A model generated the notes under the pieces. The model was not told the DNA's origin. It saw nothing but the letters and a program-made list of their open reading frames with translations, and made no database searches. 64,000 nt of DNA from an uncultured Gemmatimonadales bacterium (GTDB lineage Bacteria > Gemmatimonadota > Gemmatimonadetes > Longimicrobiales > Longimicrobiaceae), in contig OY970303.1 in assembly GCA_963716255.1 (NCBI GenBank), positions 1,280,001-1,344,000 of the forward strand, given 5' to 3'. This document shows positions 20,070 through 31,134 of this stretch, piece by piece (the first letter of the stretch is position 1; the number at the start of each line of letters is the position of its first letter). A program made the position numbers and the translations under genes.

Positions 20070-22643
20070 TCAGCGCTCCGGGATCACCAGGGTGTCGCGC
20101 GGGCCGCCGGAACGGATCACCAGCGTGTCGCGCGGCTCGCCGCGGCGCGGGGACGCCGGCTCCGGCTCCCCCGGGACGGCGGCGCGGTCCTCCCCGCGGC
20201 GGGTGCGCGGCGGCGCTTCCTCGTCCCGCGGCGCGGGCGTGGAGCGCGCGGGCTCCGCTTCGCCCTCGCCGCTCACGGCATCGGAGAGAGCGTCGCCGAT
20301 GCCGCGCAGCGCCCGGTCCAGCGCGCGGGACGCCCACTCCTCCATCCCCACGTCCAGCTCGTCCAGCTTGCGCCGCAGCCACCCCTCGATCCCGCCGCCG
20401 TACGGCACCCCCGCGGGGCAGACCTCCTCCGGGACGTGCTGGCGGAGAAAGGACTCGCGGTACGTTTCCCCGCGCGCCCGGCACCCCGGGGCGAGCACCG
20501 CGCCGCTGGCGGACACCACGTCGCGCTGCACCACCCCGCGGGGGGGCTCCCACTCCGGTGCGGCCCCGTCCTGCGCCGCGGCGACGATGCGCCCCCACAC
20601 CGGCGCCGCCAGGACCCCGCCCGAGCCGTCGCGCACGATGGGGCGCGGCCGGTCGAAGCCGATCCACACCGCGCCCACCAGCCGGGGGGTGAACCCCACG
20701 AACCACGCGTCGGTGGCGTCGTTGGTGGTCCCCGTCTTTCCCGCCGCCGGGCCGCGCACCCCCGCGTCGCGGGCGCGGCGGCCGGTGCCCCGGTCCACCA
20801 CGTCGCGGAGCATGGAGGTGACCACGAAGGCGGTGGGCGGGTCCAGCACCTCCTTCCTGCTCACCCCCGGCTCCCACAGCACCACGCCGGCCGGGTCCTC
20901 CACCCGCGTCACCCAGCGGGGCTGGGTGCGGTCGCCCAGGTTGGCGAAGGCGGTGTACGCCGCCGCCAGCTCCATGGGCCGCACCGCCGACGCGCCGATG
21001 GCCATGGCGGGCGATTCGGCGATGGGGGTGGAGATCCCCATCTCCCGGGCCAGCGAGCGCACCCGGCCGATCCCCACCCGCTCCGCCAGCAGCACCGCCA
21101 CCGTGTTGATGGACTCGCGCAGCGAGCGCCGCACCGTCACCGGCCCGCGGAAGCGCCCGTCGAAGTTGCGCGGCTCCCACACGTCGCCCGCCGGGAGCAC
21201 GCGGCGCAGCGGCGCGTCGCTCACCAGCTCGGTGGGCGGGATGCCGGCGTCCACGGCCGCGGCGTACACGAACGGCTTGAAGGCCGAGCCCGGCTGCCGG
21301 AACCCCTGCAGCATGCGGTCGAAGCCGGACTCCGAGAAGTCGCGCCCGCCCACCAGCGCCAGCACGTCGCCCGTCTCCGCCCGGATCACGGTGGCCGCGC
21401 CCTGAAGGTACGGCGTTTCCGGCATGCCGGGGCGGAAGTCGGCCCGCCGGGGCGCGTCCATCCGCCCGAACTCGCCCGCCTCGATGCGCGCGAGCTGCCG
21501 CTCCAGCGTGCGCTCGGCGGCGGCCTGCACGCCGGGGAGGAGCGGCGTGTGGATGCGCAGCGAGCGCCCGTACAGTTCCTCGCCGAAGCGCTCCTCCATC
21601 ACCCGGCGCACCTGCTCCACGTAGTAGGGCGCCCGCCTCCTCCTGCGCTCCGGCGTCCAGCGCGCCAGGCGCGGCTCGGCGCGCTTCGCTTCCGCCGCCT
21701 GCCCCGCGGTCACGAACCCCTCCTGCGCCATCAGCGACAGCACCAGGTTGCGCCGCTGGAGCGAGCGCTGCCGGTTCTTGCGCGGGTTGTAGTGCGTGGG
21801 CGCCTTGGGGAGCCCCGCAAGCAGCGCCGCCTCGGAAAGCTTGAGGTCGCGCGCGCGCTTGCCGAAGTACACGCGCGCCGCCGACTCGATGCCGTAGACG
21901 CCCTCGCCGAAGTAGATGTGGTTGAGGTAGAGCTGGAGGATCTCCTCCTTGCTCAGCCGCCCCTCGATCTCGCGGGCGACGCGGATCTCCAGGATCTTGC
22001 GGCGCGGCGTACGGTCCGCGGCCGGGAGCCGGTCCGGGAAGACGTTGCGCGCCACCTGCATGGTGATGGTGCTCGCCCCCTGCCCCCGCGCCCCCGGCTT
22101 GAGGTTGCGCAGCATGGTGCCGGTGAAGCGCCGCCAGTCCACCCCGTGGTGCCGGTAGAAACGCTTGTCCTCCACCGCCACGAACGCGGCCGGCACGTAG
22201 TCGGGGAGGTCGCGGATCCTCACCACCTCCCAGCGCGTGGGGCTGAGCTCCGCCAGCACGCCGCCGCGCGCGTCGTACACCACCGGCGCGCCGCCCGGCT
22301 GGAACGCCGTCAGCCGCGCCACCGACGGGCACCCCGTGAGCCCGCACCGCTCCCACGAGAACCCCGCCAGGAACCCCATGAGCGCGAGCACGCCGAGGAT
22401 CGTCCGCCGCCACCCGCGCCGCCCCCACACCTCCGCCACCCCCCTCCCCGCGGAGCGCAGCACCGACGTGAACGCCTCGCGGTCCCTCCGCAACTCCCCG
22501 CGCAGCCCCTCGCCGGCCTTCGCGGGCGCCTCGCGCACCGCGCCGCCGGGATCCGCCCGGAACACCCGCCAGCGCTCCCTCAGCCGCTTCAGCGGCCCGG
22601 GGCGGTAGAGGTTGCGGACCGGATCCGGATCGGGCGAGGACAT
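20070..22643 (-). CDS. Class A penicillin-binding protein (PBP1A family)
   Basis: Transglycosylase EDKRFYRHHG and GASTITMQ; transpeptidase SAFK, SIN, KTG. Confidence 0.93.
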   Translation of the reverse strand: MSSPDPDPVRNLYRPGPLKRLRERWRVFRADPGGAVREAPAKAGEGLRGELRRDREAFTSVLRSAGRGVAEVWGRRGWRRTILGVLALMGFLAGFSWERCGLTGCPSVARLTAFQPGGAPVVYDARGGVLAELSPTRWEVVRIRDLPDYVPAAFVAVEDKRFYRHHGVDWRRFTGTMLRNLKPGARGQGASTITMQVARNVFPDRLPAADRTPRRKILEIRVAREIEGRLSKEEILQLYLNHIYFGEGVYGIESAARVYFGKRARDLKLSEAALLAGLPKAPTHYNPRKNRQRSLQRRNLVLSLMAQEGFVTAGQAAEAKRAEPRLARWTPERRRRRAPYYVEQVRRVMEERFGEELYGRSLRIHTPLLPGVQAAAERTLERQLARIEAGEFGRMDAPRRADFRPGMPETPYLQGAATVIRAETGDVLALVGGRDFSESGFDRMLQGFRQPGSAFKPFVYAAAVDAGIPPTELVSDAPLRRVLPAGDVWEPRNFDGRFRGPVTVRRSLRESINTVAVLLAERVGIGRVRSLAREMGISTPIAESPAMAIGASAVRPMELAAAYTAFANLGDRTQPRWVTRVEDPAGVVLWEPGVSRKEVLDPPTAFVVTSMLRDVVDRGTGRRARDAGVRGPAAGKTGTTNDATDAWFVGFTPRLVGAVWIGFDRPRPIVRDGSGGVLAAPVWGRIVAAAQDGAAPEWEPPRGVVQRDVVSASGAVLAPGCRARGETYRESFLRQHVPEEVCPAGVPYGGGIEGWLRRKLDELDVGMEEWASRALDRALRGIGDALSDAVSGEGEAEPARSTPAPRDEEAPPRTRRGEDRAAVPGEPEPASPRRGEPRDTLVIRSGGPRDTLVIPER

Positions 22644-22734
22644 CGAGTGCGTGAGTGCGAGAGTGCGAAAGTGGAGCAGCCGTGGTACTACCCGCCGCGC
22701 GCCCCACTTGCTCCACGCGTCTCGCAGTTTCCCT

Positions 22735-22894
22735 GCCGTTCCCCGCAGTACCCCCCAGAATCCATTCGGAGGGAGACCCGCCGGCAGTTTGGCGGGGCTC
22801 ACTCCGGCGCAGGGAGACCCGGGGCAGTTTCCGGGGCTCCCTGCGCCCGCGTAGGAAACAGGCCGGCAGTTTGGCCTGGTTCCGGAGCGGCCCC
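22735..22894 (+). repeat. Family A repeat, copy A2
   Basis: Three hairpin modules, ends ccggagcggcccc. Confidence 0.9.
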
Positions 22895-22970
22895 ACCAGA
22901 CCCCGTCGAAGCGCGCCAAGATACGCCCCAAAACCCGCTCAGCAACAGGGCACCGCCGAGTCCGGACGCG

Positions 22971-23003
22971 AAAAAAGCCGGCCCCGGAAACCCGGGACCG
23001 GCC
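22971..23003 (-). terminator. Intrinsic terminator of the DEAD-box helicase gene
   Basis: Minus strand ggccggtcccgggtttccggggccggc followed by TTTTTT. Confidence 0.7.
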
Positions 23004-23034
23004 ATTCGGAATCGAAGCTGAACCAGCGAGCCCG

Positions 23035-24282
23035 TCAGACCACCTTGAGGATCTTCTCCAGCTGCTCGGCCGAGAGCTCCTTGCCGGCGTTCTTGCCCAT
23101 GCGGCGCCCGCGGTTGTCGCGGGGCTTCTTGAGCTCCGGCGTGTACGTGGTCTCCTCGGTGGCGCTCCCGAAGCCGAAGCCCGGCAGCTCCACGCGGGGG
23201 AGCGAGTACCCCAGCAGCAGCTCGATCTGCTTGACGTCGCCGATCTCGCCGCCGGACATGAAGGTGATGGCCTCGCCCTTGGCCCCGGCGCGCGCGGTGC
23301 GGCCCACGCGGTGCACGTAGCCGTCCGGGTCCTGCGGGGCGTCGTAGTTGATGACGTGCGAGATGCCGTCCACGTCCAGCCCGCGCTGCGCCACGTCGGT
23401 GGCGACCAGCACCTGCACCTTGCCGTCGCGGAAGGAGTCCAGCGCCGACACGCGCTCCTTCATGCTCCGGTCGCCGTGCATCACCTCCACCGAGATGCCG
23501 GCGCGCTGCAGCTGCCCGGACACCTTGTCCGCCCCGAACTTGGTGCGGGTGAAGACCAGCACCGAGTCCATCCCCGGCCGCTTGAGCAGCTCCAGGAGGA
23601 GCCCGGTCTTCTTGCTCTCCTGCACGGGGAAGACGAACTGCTCCACCCCGTCGGCGGTGGTCTTCTGCGGCGCCGCCTCCACCGTGACCGGGTCGCGCAG
23701 GCTGTCGTACGCCAGCGACTTGACCTCGTTGGGCATGGTCGCCGAGAAGAACAGCGTCTGGCGCTTCTTGGGGAGGTGGCGCAGGATCTCGTTGATCTGC
23801 GGGCGGAACCCCATGTCCAGCATGCGGTCCGCCTCGTCCAGCACCAGCACCTCCACCCCGGCGAGGCTCACGTTGCCGCGCTCCAGGTGGTCGATCAGGC
23901 GCCCCGGCGTGGCCACCAGAACCTCGTAGCCGGCGCGCAGCCCGCGCAGGTCACGGTCCACGGGCGTGCCGCCGTACAGCACCCCCACGAACAGCTCGGA
24001 GCCGCGCGAGTACTCGCGGGCGTTCTCGTACACCTGGATGGCCAGCTCGCGGGTGGGGCACAGGACCAGCGCCCGGAGCCCTTCCTTGCCGCGCAGGTGG
24101 TGGAGCGTGGGCAGCATGAACGCCGCCGTCTTTCCCGTGCCCGTCTGGGCCTTGCCCAGCACGTCCTTGCCGGCGAGCGCTTCGGGGATGGCGAGCCGCT
24201 GGATGGGGGTGGGCTCCAGGTAGCCCAGGTCGGTCACTGCCTGCACCAGCTCCGGCGCGAGCCCGAGTTCGTTGAATTGCAT
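23035..24282 (-). CDS. DEAD-box RNA helicase (RhlE-like)
   Basis: Q motif PTPIQ, AQTGTGKT, PTRELA, TPGRL, DEAD, SAT, HRVGRTAR. Confidence 0.96.
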   Translation of the reverse strand: MQFNELGLAPELVQAVTDLGYLEPTPIQRLAIPEALAGKDVLGKAQTGTGKTAAFMLPTLHHLRGKEGLRALVLCPTRELAIQVYENAREYSRGSELFVGVLYGGTPVDRDLRGLRAGYEVLVATPGRLIDHLERGNVSLAGVEVLVLDEADRMLDMGFRPQINEILRHLPKKRQTLFFSATMPNEVKSLAYDSLRDPVTVEAAPQKTTADGVEQFVFPVQESKKTGLLLELLKRPGMDSVLVFTRTKFGADKVSGQLQRAGISVEVMHGDRSMKERVSALDSFRDGKVQVLVATDVAQRGLDVDGISHVINYDAPQDPDGYVHRVGRTARAGAKGEAITFMSGGEIGDVKQIELLLGYSLPRVELPGFGFGSATEETTYTPELKKPRDNRGRRMGKNAGKELSAEQLEKILKVV

Positions 24283-24781
24283 GGATCTCCTGTTAGGCCC
24301 GGGCTCTTCCCTTCCGGGTCCGCTTTCGTGTGCGGCCGCGCGCGGTGTGCTCGCGGTCCGCGATGGTTTTTTCCACCTGGCGGTGAGGTGCTCGGGAAGC
24401 AGCGGCCGGTTTGCCCGGGCGGGGTCGCCGCGGGGAGCCGAAGGAGCACCGATCCTGCGTTCTCGTGTACTAAAAAACGTCGTCGTGTAACCAGACGGCG
24501 TCGTCGCGTACTAAAGACTGGTGAATCTAACACATGCGCGCGTTCGGCGCCACCCGTGGACGGGTCCGGGCCCGCGCCGCCGCGCCGCCGCTTCGTGGAC
24601 GGGGCCGGCGGCTCCCGGCGGCCCGCTCCGGCAGGGCAGACGCGAAAGGTGCGGGGCACCCCCCGGGCAGGTGGCGGCACGCTGTTTCCCGGGTTACAAT
24701 TACCCCGATCCGGCCGGTACCGAGCCGGAGGGCGGCCCGGCAACGGTACCGCGCGGAGTTTTGCGGAAAAAGCGATCCTCA

Positions 24782-27616
24782 ATGGCAGACCTCAATAGCT
24801 TCGTCGGCCCCAACGCCGGCTACGTGCTGGACCTTTACGAGCGCTTCCTGCGCGACCCCTCGTCCGTGGACGCGGGGTGGCAGGAGTTCTTCCGCACGTT
24901 CACCCCGCCCGCCCCGGAGGCCCCGGCTCCCGGGGTGGGGGCCGCGGGGGGGTACGACCCGGACGCCGTGGTGGCGGCGCACGAGCTGGCGGAGGCGATC
25001 CGCGCGCGCGGCCACACCGCCGCCCGGCTGAGCCCCATCGCCCCGCCCGCCGACCCGGACCCGTCGCTCCGCCCGGAGTCGCACGGCCTTTCCGAGGGCC
25101 GGCTGGCGGGCCTTCCCGCCTCGGTGGTGCGCGGCCCGGCGGCGCAGGCCGCCGGAAGCGCGGCGGAGGGGATCGCCCGCCTGCGGGAGCTGTACTCGGG
25201 GACCATCGGCTACGAGTTCGACCACATCCAGGACCCGCGGGAGCGCGACTGGCTGCGCCAGCGGGTGGAGTCGGGGAGCCTGAGCGCGCCCCTGGCCCCG
25301 GAGAAGCGGCGGGCGCTGCTCGCCCGGCTCTCGCAGGTGGAGGGCTTCGAGCGCTTCCTGCACAGGGCGTTCGTCAACCAGAAGCGCTTTTCCGTCGAAG
25401 GGACGGACATGCTGGTCCCCATCCTGGACCAGGTGATCGAGGACGCGGCCGCGGGCGGCGCCTCGGACGTGGTCATCGGCATGGCGCACCGCGGCCGGCT
25501 CAACGTGCTCACCCACGTGCTGGGCAAGCCGTACGAGCTGATGGTGGCCGCCTTCATGGGCAAGAAGCCCGCGCCGGCCGAGTCGGACGTGGACGACCTG
25601 TCGCAGGACGTGAAGTACCACATGGGCTGGCGCGACGCCAAGCGCATCGGGGAGCGGGAGGTGACCGTTACCCTGGCGCCCAACCCCAGCCACCTGGAGT
25701 TCGTGAACCCGGTGGTGGTGGGGATGACTCGGGCGGCGCAGGACTGGACGCGCCGCCCCGGCCCGCCGGACCTGTCGCTGGAGGACGGGGTGGCGGTGCT
25801 GGTGCACGGCGACGCGGCCTTTCCCGGGCAGGGCACGGTGGCCGAGACGCTGAACATGTCGGGGCTGCGGGGCTTCACCGTGGGCGGGACGCTGCACGTC
25901 ATCGCCAACAACCAGATCGGCTTCACCACGCTCCCGGAGGACGACCGCTCCACGCGCTACGCCAGCGACCTGGCCAAGGGCTTCGAGGTCCCGATCGTCC
26001 ACGTCAACGCGGACGACCCGGAGGCGTGCATCGCCATCGCCCGGCTGGCGGTGGAGTACCGCGCCGAGTTCCACAAGGACTTCGTCATCGACCTGGTGGG
26101 GTACCGCCGCTGGGGCCACAACGAGGGCGACGAGCCGGCGTTCACGCAGCCGCGCATGTACGACGCCATCCGCGCGCACCCCACCGCCCGCGAGGGCTTC
26201 GCGCGGCTCCTGGCGGAGCAGGGCGTGGTGCCGCGCGAGGAGGCCGACGCCATGCTCCAGCAGGTGCTGGACCGCCTGGCCGAGGTGCAGGCTTCGCTGG
26301 GGGACGGGTCGGCGGTGCTCCACCACAACGGCGACGACCACCTCCACACCAACGGCGGACCCCCGGGATCGTCCGTGGAGACGGCCGTCCCCGAGGAGCG
26401 GCTGCGCGAGTACAACGAGGCGCTGCTAAAGCGGCCGGAGGGCTTCGCCCCCAACGCCCGCCTGGAGAAGCAGCTCGCCCGGCGCCGCGACGCGCTGGGC
26501 CCGGAGGGCGGCATCGACTGGGGGCACGCGGAGACGCTGGCCTTCGCCTCGCTGATCTCGGAGGGGGTGCCGGTGCGCCTCACCGGCCAGGACGCGGAGC
26601 GCGGCACCTTCAGCCACCGCCACCTGGTGCTCCACGATGCCGCCACGGGGGCGAAGCACACCGCGCTGGCGACGCTGCCGCAGGCCCGCGCCTCCTTCGA
26701 GGTGCACAACTCGCCGCTCTCGGAAATGGCGGTGGTGGGCTTCGAGTACGGCTACTCGGTGTTCGACCCGGACGTGCTGGTGATCTGGGAGGCGCAGTTC
26801 GGCGACTTCGTCAACGGCGCGCAGGTGATGATCGACCAGTTCCTGGCGGCGTCGTACCAGAAGTGGGAGCAGACCTCGGGGCTGGTGCTCCTCCTCCCCC
26901 ACGGCTACGAGGGGCAGGGGCCGGAGCACTCCAGCGCTCGGCTGGAGCGCTTCCTCCAGCTCTCGGCCGAGAACAACTTCCGGGTGGTCAACCTCACCAC
27001 CTCGGCGCAGTACTTCCACGTCCTGCGCCGCCAGGCGCAGCTCCTGACGCGCGACCCGCGCCCGCTGATCGTGATGTCGCCCAAGAGCCTGCTGCGCCAC
27101 CCGCTGGCGGCGTCGCGGCTGGAGCAGCTCGGCACGGGCGGCTTCCGGTGCGTCGTCGGCGACGAGGACGCGGCCGGCCGCGCGGACGAGGTCACCCGGC
27201 TGGTGCTGTGCAGCGGCAAGGTGTTCGCCGACCTGTACGGCAGCCCGCTCCGCGCGGATGCTCGCGGCGTGGCGCTGGGGCGGGTGGAGGAGCTGTATCC
27301 CTTTCCCGGCGAGGAGATCGCCGCGCTGGCGGGCTCGTTCCCGCGCCTGAAGGAGGTGGTGTGGGCGCAGGAAGAGCCGCGCAACATGGGCGCCTGGACG
27401 TACATGGAGCCGCGCCTCCGCGCGCTCTTCGGCGACCTGCCGGTGCGCTACGAGGGACGGCCGGAGCGCGCCTCCCCCGCCGAGGGGAGCGCCGACCGGC
27501 ACGCCAAGGAGCAGGCGCGCATCGTGGCCGCGGCCTGGTCGGACGCGCCCGCCGCGGAGAACCCGGCGGAGCGCCGCGCCCGCGGCGACACCCTGATCGG
27601 CAAGCGGAAGCTGTAG
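24782..27616 (+). CDS. sucA: 2-oxoglutarate dehydrogenase E1
   Basis: [26 protein letters not shown] (ThDP), [24 protein letters not shown]; start trimmed to ATG 24782. Confidence 0.97.
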   Translation: MADLNSFVGPNAGYVLDLYERFLRDPSSVDAGWQEFFRTFTPPAPEAPAPGVGAAGGYDPDAVVAAHELAEAIRARGHTAARLSPIAPPADPDPSLRPESHGLSEGRLAGLPASVVRGPAAQAAGSAAEGIARLRELYSGTIGYEFDHIQDPRERDWLRQRVESGSLSAPLAPEKRRALLARLSQVEGFERFLHRAFVNQKRFSVEGTDMLVPILDQVIEDAAAGGASDVVIGMAHRGRLNVLTHVLGKPYELMVAAFMGKKPAPAESDVDDLSQDVKYHMGWRDAKRIGEREVTVTLAPNPSHLEFVNPVVVGMTRAAQDWTRRPGPPDLSLEDGVAVLVHGDAAFPGQGTVAETLNMSGLRGFTVGGTLHVIANNQIGFTTLPEDDRSTRYASDLAKGFEVPIVHVNADDPEACIAIARLAVEYRAEFHKDFVIDLVGYRRWGHNEGDEPAFTQPRMYDAIRAHPTAREGFARLLAEQGVVPREEADAMLQQVLDRLAEVQASLGDGSAVLHHNGDDHLHTNGGPPGSSVETAVPEERLREYNEALLKRPEGFAPNARLEKQLARRRDALGPEGGIDWGHAETLAFASLISEGVPVRLTGQDAERGTFSHRHLVLHDAATGAKHTALATLPQARASFEVHNSPLSEMAVVGFEYGYSVFDPDVLVIWEAQFGDFVNGAQVMIDQFLAASYQKWEQTSGLVLLLPHGYEGQGPEHSSARLERFLQLSAENNFRVVNLTTSAQYFHVLRRQAQLLTRDPRPLIVMSPKSLLRHPLAASRLEQLGTGGFRCVVGDEDAAGRADEVTRLVLCSGKVFADLYGSPLRADARGVALGRVEELYPFPGEEIAALAGSFPRLKEVVWAQEEPRNMGAWTYMEPRLRALFGDLPVRYEGRPERASPAEGSADRHAKEQARIVAAAWSDAPAAENPAERRARGDTLIGKRKL

Positions 27617-27620
27617 ACGG

Positions 27621-27710
27621 CAGGGAACAGGGAAGAGGGAACAGGGAACAGCCTGCAACGGCAACGAACGGCCTTGCAGGCTGTCCCCTGTAACCTGTAA
27701 CCTGTCCCCT
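27621..27710 (+). repeat. Heptamer (AGGGAAC) repeat forming a long imperfect palindrome
   Basis: agggaac-like x4 then agcctgcaacggc...gccttgcaggct then cctgtaa/cctgtcc arm; left half recurs at 38709-38749. Confidence 0.75.
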
Positions 27711-27737
27711 CTACACCCATACCGGAGCGGATACGAA

Positions 27738-29027
27738 ATGTCGGTTGAGATCCGAGTCCCCCCGCTGGGGGAGTCCGTGGTCGAGGCGACCGTCGGACGG
27801 TGGACCAAGAAGGAAGGGGACGCCGTCGCGAAGGACGAGATCCTGGTGGAGCTGGAAACGGACAAGGTCACCGTGGAGGTGGCCGCGCAGACCGCGGGCA
27901 CGCTCGCCCGGATCGCCAAGCAGGAGGGCGAGACGGTGGGGGTCAACGAGCTGATCGCGGAGCTGGCGCCCTCGGGCGACGGCGCGGGCGCGGCGACGCC
28001 GGCGGACCAGGCGGGGCTCACCGCGTCCGCCCGCTACGAGGAGAAGTCCACGGCGGAGCAGCCGGTGGCCGCCGCCCCCACGGGCGAGGCCCAGACCTCT
28101 CCGGCGGTGCGCGCCATGGCCGCGGAGCACGGGCTGGACCTGGCCGAGGTGGGCGGGAGCGGCCCCAACGGGCGGATCACCAAGGAGGACGTGCTCCGCT
28201 TCATCGAGGCGGGCCGCCAGCGCGCCGCCCAGCCCCAGCAGCCGGCCGCGCAGCCCCAGGCCCCGGCTCAGCAGCCCGCCCCGGCCGCCCGCCCCGCGAC
28301 CCCTCAGCCGGCCGCAGCCGCGGCGGGGAACCGCCAGACGCGCGAGCGCATGTCGCGACGCCGGCAGACCATCGCGCGGCGGCTGGTGGAGGCGCAGCAG
28401 ACCACGGCCAGCCTGACCACCTTCAACGAGGTGGACCTCAAGGCGGTGATGGAGCTGCGCAAGCGCCGGCAGGACGCCTTCGTGAAGAAGCACGGCGTCA
28501 AGCTGGGCTTCATGTCGTTCTTCACCAAGGCGGTGATCGGCGCGCTCAAGCAGTTCCCGCGGCTCAACGCCGAGATCCAGGGCGACGAGATCGTCCTCAA
28601 GCATCACTACGACATCGGCATCGCGGTGGGGGCCGAGGAGGGGCTGGTGGTGCCCGTGGTGCGCGACGCCGACCAGAAGAGCTTCGCCGAGCTGGAAAAG
28701 TCCATCGGCGAGCTGGGGACGCGCGCTCGCGAGGGCAAGCTGTCGCTGGACGAGCTGCAGGGCGGCACCTTCACCATCACCAACGGCGGCACCTTCGGCT
28801 CCATGCTCTCCACGCCCATCCTCAACCCCCCGCAGGTGGGGATCCTGGGGATGCACAACATCGTGGAGCGCCCGGTGGTGGTGGACGGCGAGATCGTCGT
28901 GCGCCCCATCATGTTCGTGGCGCTGACCTACGACCACCGCATCGTGGACGGCAGCGAGGCGGTGCGGTTCCTGGTGACCATAAAGCAGATGCTGGAAGAC
29001 CCGGAGACGCTGCTGCTGGAGGGGTGA
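27738..29027 (+). CDS. sucB: Dihydrolipoamide succinyltransferase E2
   Basis: Lipoyl domain ETDKV, E3-binding [13 protein letters not shown], catalytic DHRIVDG. Confidence 0.97.
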   Translation: MSVEIRVPPLGESVVEATVGRWTKKEGDAVAKDEILVELETDKVTVEVAAQTAGTLARIAKQEGETVGVNELIAELAPSGDGAGAATPADQAGLTASARYEEKSTAEQPVAAAPTGEAQTSPAVRAMAAEHGLDLAEVGGSGPNGRITKEDVLRFIEAGRQRAAQPQQPAAQPQAPAQQPAPAARPATPQPAAAAAGNRQTRERMSRRRQTIARRLVEAQQTTASLTTFNEVDLKAVMELRKRRQDAFVKKHGVKLGFMSFFTKAVIGALKQFPRLNAEIQGDEIVLKHHYDIGIAVGAEEGLVVPVVRDADQKSFAELEKSIGELGTRAREGKLSLDELQGGTFTITNGGTFGSMLSTPILNPPQVGILGMHNIVERPVVVDGEIVVRPIMFVALTYDHRIVDGSEAVRFLVTIKQMLEDPETLLLEG

Positions 29028-29159
29028 GCCGGGCGGCGACCGGCCGGGCGAGGAAGTGCGGGCGTGCGAACGGGGTTCGCGCGACCGCACTTTCGCGCTT
29101 GGGGTACTGAACTGACCTGAAGTGATTCCGCACTTTCGCACTCTGGCACCGTTTTCATA

Positions 29160-30551
29160 ATGGCCGACGAACAAACTTTCGACCTGGTGGTGCTCGGCGG
29201 CGGCCCCGGCGGCTACGTGGCCGCCATCCGCGCGGCGCAGCTGGGGCTCAGGACGGCGTGCATCGAGAAGGAGGACGCGCTGGGCGGCACGTGCGTGCGG
29301 GTGGGGTGCATCCCCTCCAAGGCGCTCCTGGACAGCACCGAGCTCTTCGACCAGATCCGCCACAAGACGGAGGCGCACGGGATCCGCGTGGGGGCGCCGG
29401 AGATGGACGTGGCGGCGATGCACGCGCGCAAGCAGGCGGTGGTGAAGGCGAACACCGACGGGGTCGCCTTCCTGTTCCGCAAGAACAAGGTGGAGTGGAT
29501 CCGCGGCTTCGGGCGGCTGACCTCGCCGGAAACGCTGGAGGTGGAGACGGCGGAGGGCAAGCGCACCGTGCGTGCGAAGCACGTGGTGCTGGCCAGCGGG
29601 TCGGTGCCGGTGGAGCTCCCCTTCCTGAAATTCGACCACGAGCGGATCGTGGACTCCACGGGCGCTCTCGCCCTCCCGGAGGTGCCCAAGCACCTGGTGG
29701 TGGTGGGCGGCGGGGTGATCGGCCTGGAGCTGGGGAGCGTGTGGCTCCGCCTGGGCGCGAAGGTGACGGTGCTGGAGATGGCGCCCACCATCCTCCCGGG
29801 AATGGACGCGGAGATCGTCCGCCAGGCGGACCGGGTCTTCCGCAAGCAGGGCTTCGAGATCCGCACCGGCACGCGCGTCACCGGCGCAGAGCGGAAGGGC
29901 GACGTGGTGACGGTGGCGGTGGAGGGCTCGGAGCCCATCGAGGCGGACTACGTGCTGGTGTCCGTGGGGCGCCGCGCCTACACGCAGGGGATGGGCTACG
30001 AGGAGGTGGGGATCCCCATGGACCGCGGCGTCATCCGGGTGGACGAGCGATACCACACCGGCGTGGGGAGCGTGTATGCCATCGGCGACGCCATCGGCGG
30101 GCGGATGCTGGCGCACAAGGCGGAGGAGGAGGGGGTGGCGGCGGTGGAGAACATCGCCGGCAAGCACGGGCACGTGAAGTACGACGCGGTGGCCAACGTG
30201 GTCTACACCTGGCCGGAGATCGCGTCGGTGGGGATGACGGAGGAGGAGGCGAAGGCGGACGGCCGCGAGTACCGTGTGGGCAAGTTCCCCTTCTCGGCCA
30301 ACGGCCGCGCCCGCGCCATGGCGGAGACGGACGGGATGGTGAAGGTGATCGCGGACGCGAAGACGGACCGCCTGCTGGGGCTGCACATCCTGGGTCCGCG
30401 CGCCTCGGACCTGATCGCGGAGGCGGCGCTCGCCATCGAGTTCGAGAGCTCGGCGGAGGACATCGCCCGCTCGGTGCACGCGCACCCGACGCTCCCGGAG
30501 GCGGTCAAGGAGGCCGCGCTCGCGGTGGGGGGACGCGCGATCCACATCTGA
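29160..30551 (+). CDS. lpdA: Dihydrolipoamide dehydrogenase E3
   Basis: GGGPGGY, GGTCVRVGCIPSK, HAHPTLPE. Confidence 0.97.
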   Translation: MADEQTFDLVVLGGGPGGYVAAIRAAQLGLRTACIEKEDALGGTCVRVGCIPSKALLDSTELFDQIRHKTEAHGIRVGAPEMDVAAMHARKQAVVKANTDGVAFLFRKNKVEWIRGFGRLTSPETLEVETAEGKRTVRAKHVVLASGSVPVELPFLKFDHERIVDSTGALALPEVPKHLVVVGGGVIGLELGSVWLRLGAKVTVLEMAPTILPGMDAEIVRQADRVFRKQGFEIRTGTRVTGAERKGDVVTVAVEGSEPIEADYVLVSVGRRAYTQGMGYEEVGIPMDRGVIRVDERYHTGVGSVYAIGDAIGGRMLAHKAEEEGVAAVENIAGKHGHVKYDAVANVVYTWPEIASVGMTEEEAKADGREYRVGKFPFSANGRARAMAETDGMVKVIADAKTDRLLGLHILGPRASDLIAEAALAIEFESSAEDIARSVHAHPTLPEAVKEAALAVGGRAIHI

Positions 30552-30569
30552 GGGACGGCCCGGTACGGC

Positions 30570-30705
30570 GGGTTCGGGCGTGACCCCGGCTGGCGCCGGG
30601 GTCGGGCTTCGGCTCCGCAACGCACGAAACGACCGTGCGTAACGGAGTCGAGCCCGCGCAAACAGCCGCGCGGTCTCGCCCCTTCGGGCCGAAATCCCTC
30701 ACGCG
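30570..30705 (-). repeat. Family B repeat, copy B3
   Basis: Same architecture as B1. Confidence 0.88.
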
Positions 30706-30794
30706 ACTGCGTGCCTGACCTCGACGTCCCGCAGGCGCCTGACTTATACGCATTCCGTATGAGGGACGGCAGGAAACAGGGATCAGCCCGCAAC

Positions 30795-30842
30795 GGCAAA
30801 CGGCGCCCCCACCGCGAGATCGGTGGGGGCGCCGTTTTTGCC
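30795..30842. repeat. Family C hairpin (GGCGCCCCCACC..GGTGGGGGCGCC), possible bidirectional terminator
   Basis: Strong stem with A/T runs between convergent lpdA and higA; recurs at 31547-31587 and 38773-38808. Confidence 0.75.
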
Positions 30843-30843
30843 T

Positions 30844-31134
30844 TCAGGCGGCGCGGGGCTCCACGGAGATCTCGACTTCGTGGCCGGCGTGGGCGAGCAT
30901 GTTGATCAGTCCGTCGATGCTGAACAGCTCGATCCTACCCCGCACGAGGTCGCTGATCCTGGGCTGGGTTACGCCGAACACCTCGGCGGCCTGCGCCTGC
31001 TTCAGCCCGCGGTCCTCGATGATCTTCCGAATGCTTCCCATCAGCGTGGAGCGGACTTTCAGGTTCGCCGCTTCCTCGGGTGAGAAGCCGAGGTCCTGGA
31101 ATACGTTGCCGCTGGACGGCGTGGAATCCGTCAT
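30844..31134 (-). CDS. XRE-family HTH antitoxin (HigA-like)
   Basis: SSGNVFQDLG, QAQAAEVFGVTQPRISDL HTH; ATGA overlap with the toxin gene. Confidence 0.9.
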   Translation of the reverse strand: MTDSTPSSGNVFQDLGFSPEEAANLKVRSTLMGSIRKIIEDRGLKQAQAAEVFGVTQPRISDLVRGRIELFSIDGLINMLAHAGHEVEISVEPRAA

